The notes under the pieces are model-generated. The model worked only from the letters and a program-made list of their open reading frames with translations, was not told the DNA's origin and made no database searches. The translations under genes and the position numbers were made by a program. Of a stretch of DNA of 64,000 nt, positions 36,541 through 44,040 are shown piece by piece. This DNA is from Bacillota bacterium (GTDB lineage: Bacteria; Bacillota; Bacilli; Paenibacillales; UBA4045): the NCBI GenBank assembly GCA_023441055.1, contig JAEZQY010000001.1, positions 81,032 through 145,031 on the forward strand, in the 5' to 3' direction. Each line of letters starts with the position of its first letter. The first letter of the stretch is position 1.

Positions 36541-37773
36541 TCAACGTAAGAATACATTCGCGATCAATCCCATATAGCCGATCGAACTGATCGACAGCAG
36601 GCAGCCGCCGATCGTGATAAGCGGCATAACCGATGTGCCGATCCCGATCACGAGCAGCGCGAGGCTCGCTGCGATCAGGCTCAGCCCGATCCGTACATAC
36701 CGGTCATTGATCAGGTCAGACATCGTGGGAATCTTCTTCTTCCCGACCTGCGGGCCGTACTTATGCGTCCACCATAGGAAGGGCACGATCTTGGACAGAT
36801 AGGCCAGCATCGTGATGCCCAGAAACCCCCATAGGTAAATCCAGCCCAGCATCGTGCTGATGCGCACCTGCAGCACCTGGTCTGGCACAGCAGCAGCGGC
36901 GATCAGCACAATCAGGCTCACCAGTAGCAGCATTCGCGCCGACCAGATGGACCAGCGTATGCCCTCGCCCGGATTAGGCTTATGCTTGGCTCGTCGAATT
37001 TGCCGAATGTGATAGCTGTATAGGGCGAGTGCGGTGACAAGGAGGAGCAGGGCGAACCACTTCGCTAGATCATGCCAGTCCAGCAGGAAAGCGACGGCGC
37101 CGAGCGCGGCTGATGCATGCCAGAGATGTACGATATACTTCTGCAAGGTTTCGGAATGGCCGTGCGATAGATAGAACATCGGCAGCATCTTGAAGCTGAA
37201 GCCGATGATCAGCAGCCCAAACCAGCCGATCATACCTAGCCAGATATGCGCGTGGAAGATCTGCTCATGCATGAAGCTCCACCAGCCGAACGCGAAGTTC
37301 ATGCCCATTGCCATTCCGCTGAGACCTGTGAAGAAGAGGTAGACTACAGCGAGTCCCGCGCTGACCGTGATGGGTGTCCACTTACCGGCACGTACCAGAG
37401 TGGCAAACAGATTGATCGCGAATAGAATAATTCCGATATAAGCGACGGTGGCCGAGATGCCGATCAGCATGAAATTTGCTTGGTAGAAGCCGACCAGCAA
37501 GCCTGCAGAGCCAATGGTGAACACGCCATAATTAGTGAAGCCCAGCTTCTCACTGAAGATATTGGATTGCAGCACCACATTGATCAACTGATACACAGCA
37601 CCCATTGCAATCATCGTAGCCCAGCCGAGCACGAGCAGATGCGCGCTGAACCAGCCTTGGGGGCTGCGCGGATGCTCACCGATCCAGCCTGCCGCGTCAG
37701 CAAGATTGAAGCCCTGAAACAGGAAGAAGCAGACCATGCCAGTTATAATGAATGAGAAGGGGAGTCGGAACAT
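36541..37773 (-). CDS. 12-TM His-bearing integral membrane protein, paralogue 2
   Basis: 410 aa, alignable by eye over its whole length with 26084-27349 (same conserved His-containing blocks). AGGAGG RBS. Confidence 0.6.
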   Translation of the reverse strand: MFRLPFSFIITGMVCFFLFQGFNLADAAGWIGEHPRSPQGWFSAHLLVLGWATMIAMGAVYQLINVVLQSNIFSEKLGFTNYGVFTIGSAGLLVGFYQANFMLIGISATVAYIGIILFAINLFATLVRAGKWTPITVSAGLAVVYLFFTGLSGMAMGMNFAFGWWSFMHEQIFHAHIWLGMIGWFGLLIIGFSFKMLPMFYLSHGHSETLQKYIVHLWHASAALGAVAFLLDWHDLAKWFALLLLVTALALYSYHIRQIRRAKHKPNPGEGIRWSIWSARMLLLVSLIVLIAAAAVPDQVLQVRISTMLGWIYLWGFLGITMLAYLSKIVPFLWWTHKYGPQVGKKKIPTMSDLINDRYVRIGLSLIAASLALLVIGIGTSVMPLITIGGCLLSISSIGYMGLIANVFLR

Positions 37774-37790
37774 GGCGTGATCCTCCTAAC

Positions 37791-38342
37791 TTAAGATTTC
37801 GTTATCGTTACAATGGCAGACCCATCTTCTTGATTATCAACGCTATAGGTGTAATTGAGCGCATGGAGTTCTTCAATCAGGAACATGGGCACGCGATCAT
37901 TGTGAATAACCACCTGATCGCCAGCTGAGGCGCTGCTCAGCTTGGCTAATGTACGCACCATCGGCTGTGGCGGCTCCAGACCGCGATTGTCGAGCATGAA
38001 TACACGAGGCTCCGCGGCGGAATCACCCTGAGCTTCAGCAGACGCGTCACCCAGCTCATCATCCGCAGGCGCATCAGAGTGAGTAGCCTGATCACCAGTC
38101 AGCAGATGCTTCATACTCTTATGAACGAAGGTCGTGATCCAGTGCTCATCACCGACCTTCTCCACCTTGTTGTGGAAGCCCTTGGTCTTCATTAGACCGA
38201 GCAGAGGAGTCGGCTTGAACGTGGCATGCAGGACGAATAAGTCGTCCTTCTCCAGCTTCTTCACCGCATCCATAATTAGCTGGAATGGCTCCAGCTTCTT
38301 CTTCAATTGCTCTCTAACATCGAGCTCGATAGTCCGCGTCAT
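37791..38342 (-). CDS. Protein with two DUF2249-like domains joined by an acidic linker
   Basis: Domain 1 runs IELDVRE...LFVLHATFKPTPLLGLM...HWITTF. Domain 2 runs MLDNRGLEPPQPMVRTL...VVIHNDRVPMFLIEEL...GSAIVTITK. The start overlaps the upstream stop (ATGA). Confidence 0.6.
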   Translation of the reverse strand: MTRTIELDVREQLKKKLEPFQLIMDAVKKLEKDDLFVLHATFKPTPLLGLMKTKGFHNKVEKVGDEHWITTFVHKSMKHLLTGDQATHSDAPADDELGDASAEAQGDSAAEPRVFMLDNRGLEPPQPMVRTLAKLSSASAGDQVVIHNDRVPMFLIEELHALNYTYSVDNQEDGSAIVTITKS

Positions 38343-38683
38343 ACCGACACCTCCTTGAGCTGCTCTTTGGCTGCTTCGTACAACCCAGCCATACCGCCGT
38401 AGAGCGCATAGAAGAACGAGTCCGGCGCATCAAGCGAGAAGGATAAGTATTGCTTGGGATCGGTTCCCAGCATCTTCTCGAACAGGCTGGCGGAATCGTA
38501 GGCATAGAAGCAGAAGTAGGTGTACTCGAATTCCGGCATCTTATCGCGTATGGTCACGATGTCCTGCGCATATCGCGGGATATTCTGAGCAGCTTCCCGC
38601 ACCATGCTGATTGCATCGTCCAGCGTAACGTGAATCTGGATCGTCTTCTCGTCCACAATATCAATATGAGCCATAGGAAACAT
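38339..38683 (-). CDS. Hypothetical protein (first gene of the operon)
   Basis: 111-114-aa ORF (ATG 38683 or 38674) following AAGGAGTGG. I recognise no motif. Confidence 0.5.
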   Translation of the reverse strand: MFPMAHIDIVDEKTIQIHVTLDDAISMVREAAQNIPRYAQDIVTIRDKMPEFEYTYFCFYAYDSASLFEKMLGTDPKQYLSFSLDAPDSFFYALYGGMAGLYEAAKEQLKEVSV

Positions 38684-38717
38684 CCACTCCTTGTGAGAAT
38701 CATTATCAATAATTCTC

Positions 38718-38759
38718 AGTATAGCGCTCCTTCATATTCAGAACGTGATCCTAATCACA
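38718..38759 (-). promoter_or_regulatory. Crp/Fnr-type box plus -10 element upstream of the 38683 operon
   Basis: CGTGAtcctaaTCACA (38744-38759, 9/10 match) has its centre 28.5 bp upstream of TATACT (minus strand, 38723-38718). Confidence 0.5.
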
Positions 38760-38790
38760 CATGGCGATCATGCTGCACACTGCGCATAGA

Positions 38791-38830
38791 AAAAGCGGTG
38801 AAGCCAGAGTAACTCTGCTGCTTCACCGCT
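38791..38830 (-). terminator. Terminator after pepF
   Basis: An 11-bp stem (AGCGGTGAAGC / GCTTCACCGCT) with a T-run on the minus strand. Confidence 0.75.
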
Positions 38831-38855
38831 TATTCGAAATTCCTATGAGATTCAC

Positions 38856-40646
38856 TCAGCCTGTGAGCTGCTCCATCTGCTCGATCAGGCTCTTGAATAC
38901 GTCCATCGCTTGACGGATCGGTTCAGGAGAGGACATATCCACCCCGGCCTTCTTCAAAATATTGATCGAAAAGTCGCTGCCGCCGCTCTTCAGAAAACCT
39001 AGATAGCGATCGACAGCCGGCTCTCCCTCTTCCAGAATCTGCTTCGAGAAGCTGGTAGCGGCAGAGAAGCCTGTCGCATACTTATACACATAGAAGCTGG
39101 TGTAGAAGTGGGGAATTCTCGCCCATTCCATCTCGATATCCGAATCGACAACCATATCGCTACCGTAATACTGGAGGTTCAGATCATAGTAGATCTTCGA
39201 CAGCTCTTGCGGCGTCAGCGATTCGCCGCGCTCAGCAGCTGCATGAATAATCTTCTCGAATTCCGCGAACATCGTCTGGCGGAATACGGTTGTGCGGAAC
39301 TGATCCGCGTAGTAGGTCAACAGGTACATTTTCTCCTTGGGGTCTGTGGACTTGTTCAGTAAGTAATCCATCAGCAGCGCCTCATTCAACGTAGACGCGA
39401 CCTCCGCTAGGAAGATCGTGTACTGCGCATCGCGGTAGGAGAGGGTGTTGTCTGAGTAATAGGAATGCAGGGCATGCCCCATCTCATGCGTCAGGGTGAA
39501 CATGCTGTTCAAGTTGTCCTTGTGATTGAGCAGGACGTAGGGATGCGTGCCATAAGCACCCCAACTGTATGCGCCGCTGCGCTTGCCTTCATTCTCATAC
39601 ACATCGATCCAGCCATTGTCAAAGCCTTCGGCCAGCACCTTCAGATAGTCGTCGCCCAGAGGCTTCAAGCTCTCCATAACCGTCTTCTTGGCGTCCTCGT
39701 AGGAGATATTCATCTTAAACTCTTCGACTAATGGTGTGAACAAATCATACATATGCAAGTCATCCGTCTTCAGCAGCTTCTTGCGAAGCGCCATATACCG
39801 ATGCATCAGCGGCAGATGCTCATGGATAGTGTCGACGAGGTTGTCATAGACAGATACCGGAATGTTATCACCAGACAAGGACATCTCCAGGACAGACGGA
39901 TACTTGCGCGCCCGCGCGTAGAAGATATTCTTATTCACATTGGCGGATAAGGTTGCGGCCAGCGTGTTCTTCTGCTTGCTGTATGTGGCGTACATGGCTT
40001 GGAAGGCGTTCTTGCGCACCTCTGGATCAGAGCTCTCAAGGAACTCGATGTAACGCCCATGAGTGAGCTCAATCTCTTCGCCGTTCTCATTCTTCACCTT
40101 AGGGAATTTCATATCGGCATTGTTAATCATCCCGAATATTGTGCTGGGCGCTTGTGACAAATTGCCAATTTGGGCCATCAGCGCTTCCTCTTCCTTGGAC
40201 AAGATATGAGGCTTCTGGCGAAGCATCTCCTCCAAGGTGAATTTGTACGGCGTGAGCAACGGGTCTGCAATGAATGCCTTTAGCTGGTCCTCGCTGAGCG
40301 CCAGAATTTCTGGCGTAATGAACGAGGTCGCTTCGCTCACCTGTACGCTAAGCTTCTTGGCCTTGTCCGACAGGGCCATATGGGTCGGATCGGCCATATC
40401 CTCATGATGGCGCATATTGGCATAGACATATAACCGCTCAGTATGTAGGGACAAGGTGTCCTCCAGGGCGAAGCTATCCTTGACAGCCTGCGCGGATTGC
40501 AGTGTTCCTTGGTAGCTGGCGATATCCGCCATTAGCGATCCGACCTTCTTATATTCCGCGTCCCAATCCGCCTGGCTGGCGAATAGATCCTCCAGCTTCC
40601 ATCTGTGTGCTGCCGGGACATCAGCGCGCTTGATCAACTCACTCAT
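38856..40646 (-). CDS. pepF: Oligoendopeptidase F
   Basis: M3B family zinc motif (HEMGHALHS) and typical length from MSELIKRADVPAAHRWKLEDLF. AGGAGGAG lies 4 nt before the ATG at 40646. An in-frame upstream ATG exists at 40748 (see findings). Confidence 0.9.
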   Translation of the reverse strand: MSELIKRADVPAAHRWKLEDLFASQADWDAEYKKVGSLMADIASYQGTLQSAQAVKDSFALEDTLSLHTERLYVYANMRHHEDMADPTHMALSDKAKKLSVQVSEATSFITPEILALSEDQLKAFIADPLLTPYKFTLEEMLRQKPHILSKEEEALMAQIGNLSQAPSTIFGMINNADMKFPKVKNENGEEIELTHGRYIEFLESSDPEVRKNAFQAMYATYSKQKNTLAATLSANVNKNIFYARARKYPSVLEMSLSGDNIPVSVYDNLVDTIHEHLPLMHRYMALRKKLLKTDDLHMYDLFTPLVEEFKMNISYEDAKKTVMESLKPLGDDYLKVLAEGFDNGWIDVYENEGKRSGAYSWGAYGTHPYVLLNHKDNLNSMFTLTHEMGHALHSYYSDNTLSYRDAQYTIFLAEVASTLNEALLMDYLLNKSTDPKEKMYLLTYYADQFRTTVFRQTMFAEFEKIIHAAAERGESLTPQELSKIYYDLNLQYYGSDMVVDSDIEMEWARIPHFYTSFYVYKYATGFSAATSFSKQILEEGEPAVDRYLGFLKSGGSDFSINILKKAGVDMSSPEPIRQAMDVFKSLIEQMEQLTG

Positions 40647-40736
40647 GGTACTCCTCCTGTCAGTAGCGTTAAGTGCGGACGCGTAGCTGCCGCATCCACA
40701 ATTGACGCATAAGAATAGAATGGTTAGAACAGCAAT

Positions 40737-40831
40737 GGTCATACGCATCGGCGATCCTCCTTCACACCGATTAGTATGACCGCTTGGTCATACGCATCGG
40801 CGATCCTCCTTCACACCGATTAGTATGACCG
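40737..40831. repeat. 49-bp tandem duplication (2 units) carrying an RBS and ATG
   Basis: GGTCATACGCATCGGCGATCCTCCTTCACACCGATTAGTATGACCG occurs at 40737-40782 and 40786-40831. Each unit has GGTCATAC/GTATGACC inverted ends. Confidence 0.9.
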
Positions 40832-40858
40832 TTTCTCCAGCTTCAAACCCGAAGGATG

Positions 40859-41029
40859 CTATAAGAAGAAGCTGTACAGCAATAGGACGAAGGCGGCTGC
40901 CACCATGACGACGGCCATGATAGCCATCGGCTTGCGCAATCGCTCGGGCAGGGATTCCTTCTTCATAATCACAATCAGGGCGAAGGAGAATGCGACGATA
41001 ATAAAGATGACAAGTGCTTCCGTGTTCAT
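40859..41029 (-). CDS. Possible 56-aa two-TM small membrane protein (below the ORF-track size cut-off)
   Basis: My hand translation gives MNTEALVIFIIVAFSFALIVIMKKESLPERLRKPMAIMAVVMVAAAFVLLLYSFFL. GAGGTGA lies 9 nt upstream of the ATG at 41029. Confidence 0.35.
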   Translation of the reverse strand: MNTEALVIFIIVAFSFALIVIMKKESLPERLRKPMAIMAVVMVAAAFVLLLYSFFL

Positions 41030-41126
41030 AGCTTGGGTTCACCTCATACCGAGATCATTTCGGCATTGGAATACGGAATCCTGCTTCGCACAAGATTTTA
41101 ATTCATCCTATGCAGAGCGGAATCAG

Positions 41127-41807
41127 TTATGCCGCTGCATTGCTCTTCTTGCGAGATTTGTTCACCAGGTACCCTCCGGCAATAACGAGAATGACAACAA
41201 GCACCTCGAAGCCATACTTCACGAATGCCTCCGTGAACAAGAAGTCAATTAACTTCTCGCCCACAATCATCTTAGCTGCTGTGTATGCGAGCACGCCGCT
41301 GCCGATGTATAGAATCCATGGGAATCTGTCAATTAGTTGAATGATGAGCATACTGCCCCATACGACGATGGGTACGCTGATGAGCAAGCCGATGATGACG
41401 AGCTCCATGCTGCCGTGGGATGCACCGGCAATAGCGAGTACATTATCCAGCCCCATAACCATGTCAGCGACGATAATCGTCTGGATTGCCTTCCATAAGC
41501 TTGGCGCGGCTTTCACCTCGCCATGATCCTTATTATCGATCAGCAGCTTGAAAGCGATCCAGACGAGGACGAGACCGCCGACGATCATCAGGCCAGGAAT
41601 CTTGAGAAGCCATACCACTATGAATGTTGCGATAACACGGATAATGATCGCGCCTGCTGTTCCCCACCAGATGACTTTCTTCTGCTGACTTTTCTCTAGG
41701 TTTCTCGCGGCAAGGCCGATCAGGATCGCATTGTCACCTGCCAGTACTAAGTCAATCACAATAATGCTCAATAATGCCATGAACCAATCTGCTGTAAACC
41801 ATTCCAT
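41127..41807 (-). CDS. TerC-family integral membrane protein
   Basis: The motif DLVLAGDNAILIG is duplicated as VADMVMGLDNVLAIAG. 226 aa. Confidence 0.85.
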   Translation of the reverse strand: MEWFTADWFMALLSIIVIDLVLAGDNAILIGLAARNLEKSQQKKVIWWGTAGAIIIRVIATFIVVWLLKIPGLMIVGGLVLVWIAFKLLIDNKDHGEVKAAPSLWKAIQTIIVADMVMGLDNVLAIAGASHGSMELVIIGLLISVPIVVWGSMLIIQLIDRFPWILYIGSGVLAYTAAKMIVGEKLIDFLFTEAFVKYGFEVLVVILVIAGGYLVNKSRKKSNAAA

Positions 41808-41845
41808 CTGTTACTACCTCCATTGTTTGGGTCTGTCATGCGCAA

Positions 41846-42008
41846 TAAAAAGGCCTCTACCTAGTATGCGGTAAAGGCCTCAAAAATAATAAAGACCTTT
41901 ACCGTATGTTCACGATAAAGGTCTGGCTACAACAGATTCGTTGCCGACCAGCCGGGGTTAATACAAACCCGAATTGACGACTGTGTCGTATCTAGCTACT
42001 CCCCTTTA
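41846..42008 (-). promoter_or_regulatory. yybP-ykoY (manganese) type riboswitch with terminator, leader of the TerC gene
   Basis: The minus-strand leader starts AAAGGGGAGTAGC... and the aptamer closes ...TTGTAGCCAGACCTTT (about 42008-41916). A terminator follows (AGGCCTTTACC..GGTAGAGGCCT + T-run, 41881-41846). Promoter: TTGACC (42047-42042), 18-bp spacer, TATAAT (42023-42018). TerC genes commonly follow this riboswitch. Confidence 0.7.
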
Positions 42009-42060
42009 ATTGTAACCATTATAGATGAACAAGTTAAATTTGGTCAATCATTTTATTAGG

Positions 42061-42291
42061 CTATACGGAACGGAAGGCGGCTATAAGCTGCTCATATTCG
42101 TCCTCGCGGCCGATGAAGTCGGAGACGGGAAAGCGGCGCTCCACCCAATCCATCATCGCGGGCCGGCTCATGAAGGTGTGACAATCTTCACCCCATTGGT
42201 CCGAAATCTCGCGCACAATAAGGGTGCGCCCTTGCACTTCGACATTCAGCATATTCCAGTTGTCCTTCTTGTAGATCTGATGAATCTTCAT
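42061..42291 (-). CDS. Hypothetical small protein
   Basis: 76-aa ORF with a GGGAGGAA RBS. No motif recognised. Confidence 0.5.
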   Translation of the reverse strand: MKIHQIYKKDNWNMLNVEVQGRTLIVREISDQWGEDCHTFMSRPAMMDWVERRFPVSDFIGREDEYEQLIAAFRSV

Positions 42292-42395
42292 CCAATCATT
42301 CCTCCCGAATCAGCAATGTCTGCTGCTACATACGATAACGAAATCATTGCTCGATTGCAAATCCTTTGATATCTTGAGATGGGGTGGATAAGCGA

Positions 42396-42716
42396 ATGGA
42401 GACATATTTCACATATGATGAACGATTAGGAATACGCTTGCCCGATCTGAATCAGCAGTGGGCCGCGTATACACAGGAAGAACAGGAGCGCATCCTGAGC
42501 GAGTGGGAGCAGATTCGGGGCAGTATCCCTGAACGGATTAAGCAGATGGAGGCCATCATAAATGAGCGGCAAGCGCAGCTGAATGTTGAGCCCGTGTTCG
42601 CGGATGCGGTGAGGCTCAATCATGAGATCGCAGACTATGCCAGCCGCATCATGGATCTGCATATGCTGTTCCGGATCGACGAGCAGCTCGAGACTGGAAA
42701 GTCGCATTCTGGCTAA
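42396..42716 (+). CDS. Hypothetical protein
   Basis: ORF starting METYFTYDERL, preceded by GGGGTGG. The helical sequence is rich in charged residues. No motif recognised. Confidence 0.5.
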   Translation: METYFTYDERLGIRLPDLNQQWAAYTQEEQERILSEWEQIRGSIPERIKQMEAIINERQAQLNVEPVFADAVRLNHEIADYASRIMDLHMLFRIDEQLETGKSHSG

Positions 42717-42721
42717 ATATT

Positions 42722-42846
42722 CAAGCACGACGGCTAGACGTGATTACAAGCACGACGACTAGACGTGATTACAAGCACGACGACTAGACGTGATTACAAG
42801 CACGACGACTAGACGTGATTACAAGCACGACGACTAGACGTGATTA
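42722..42846. repeat. 25-bp tandem repeat, five units
   Basis: CAAGCACGACG[G/A]CTAGACGTGATTA occurs at 42722, 42747, 42772, 42797 and 42822. Units 2-5 are identical and unit 1 differs at one base. Confidence 0.95.
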
Positions 42847-42912
42847 GAAATTGACCTGAACTTGTATTATAATAGGAGGAATGGTCTTAGGGGCAAGGGA
42901 AGGTGAGGAAGT

Positions 42913-43989
42913 ATGCGTGCACCATTAAGACTGCGGACACTTCCGAGGAACCCAGCGGCATTGATGTATCGTTACTATCGATTCGTACTGCCGGAGGTGC
43001 GTGAGAAGCTGGCTCATTGGCGTTCGCGCGCTGCATTAATACCGGATAAGGAGCTTCGCAAGCAAGCACTGGCCAGTATTGACAGCAAGCAATTTCATTG
43101 CGAGGGCGGAGCCGTGTATGCGACGGCGAATATTGCGCAGCGCAGTGCGATGATCTCGCTAATCGTCGCCTTCCAGACGATTAGCGATTACTTGGACAAT
43201 CTGTGTGATCGCAGCACCTCCATGGACCCGTACGACTTCCGTAAGCTGCATCAATCCATGCTGGATGCGGTAGATCCTTCCTCATCTCCGAGTAATTATT
43301 ACGCGGAGCGGCAGGAGCAGGAGGATGGCGATTACCTGGTCAGCCTCGTACAGGAGTGCCAGCGATGTGTAGCACTGCTGCCTTCCTATCGGAAGGTACA
43401 ATCGCGTATAATCGAGCTTGTCGGGCTGTACTGCGATCTTCAAGTACATAAGCATATACGCAAGGATCAGCGCGAACAAGCCTTGCTGACCTGGTGGGAG
43501 CAGCATCGGGGTGTGTACCCGGCGCTGCAGTGGAATGAATTCGCTGCAGCCACGGGGTCGACGCTAGGCATGTTCATGCTATTCCTGACGGCGGCAAGGC
43601 AGGACATCACCGATTCCGAGGCTGACGCGGTTCAACAAGCCTATTTCCCTTACATCTGTGGTCTGCACATTCTTCTGGATTATCTGATCGATCAGCAGGA
43701 GGACGCAGAGGGGGGAGATTTGAATTTCTGCCGCTACTACGAGAGCCCTGAGCTTGCGGCTGAACGCATAGGCTGGTTCGCCTCGGAGGCCAAGCAGGCG
43801 ATACGCGCGTTGGATAGTCCTGGGTATCACAAGATGATCGTCGAAGGCTTGCAGGCGCTCTATCTGTCGGATCCCAAGGCTGGGCTGCAAGAAAGCGTAC
43901 GCAGAACGCGCAGTTTATTGATGAAGAAGAGCCCATTATCCCGCGTATTCTTCTGGGTGAACAGCATGTGGGTGCGCAAGACACAATGA
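42913..43989 (+). CDS. ytpB: Tetraprenyl-beta-curcumene synthase (YtpB/DUF2600 family)
   Basis: 358 aa. The N-terminus ...YRFVLPEVREKLAHWRSRAALIPDKELRKQALASI..K.FHCEGGAVYA and the DYLDNLCDR block match my memory of YtpB-family proteins. Confidence 0.7.
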   Translation: MRAPLRLRTLPRNPAALMYRYYRFVLPEVREKLAHWRSRAALIPDKELRKQALASIDSKQFHCEGGAVYATANIAQRSAMISLIVAFQTISDYLDNLCDRSTSMDPYDFRKLHQSMLDAVDPSSSPSNYYAERQEQEDGDYLVSLVQECQRCVALLPSYRKVQSRIIELVGLYCDLQVHKHIRKDQREQALLTWWEQHRGVYPALQWNEFAAATGSTLGMFMLFLTAARQDITDSEADAVQQAYFPYICGLHILLDYLIDQQEDAEGGDLNFCRYYESPELAAERIGWFASEAKQAIRALDSPGYHKMIVEGLQALYLSDPKAGLQESVRRTRSLLMKKSPLSRVFFWVNSMWVRKTQ

Positions 43990-44040
43990 TGCGAGTGATG
44001 GTGCTCTTACATTTTGTATATATTTAGGGAGGTAACATGG

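Noticed and set aside
40647-40748. Calling PepF a lipoprotein because of the LFLCVNCGCGS stretch in the upstream in-frame extension.
   Set aside because: No canonical lipobox ([LVI][ASTVI][GAS]C) is present. M3B oligoendopeptidases are normally cytosolic, and the MSELIK start has its own strong RBS. I keep the extension only as an open question in the findings.
40788-41042. An 84-aa minus-strand ORF between pepF and TerC.
   Set aside because: It has no RBS and an Arg/Gly/His-rich, implausible composition. It overlaps the better-supported 56-codon two-TM ORF in another frame.
42851-42873. TTGACC ... TATAAT as the ytpB promoter.
   Set aside because: The two hexamers are only 11 bp apart, against an optimum of 17 bp. 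They cannot work as a -35/-10 pair. The true promoter was not identified.
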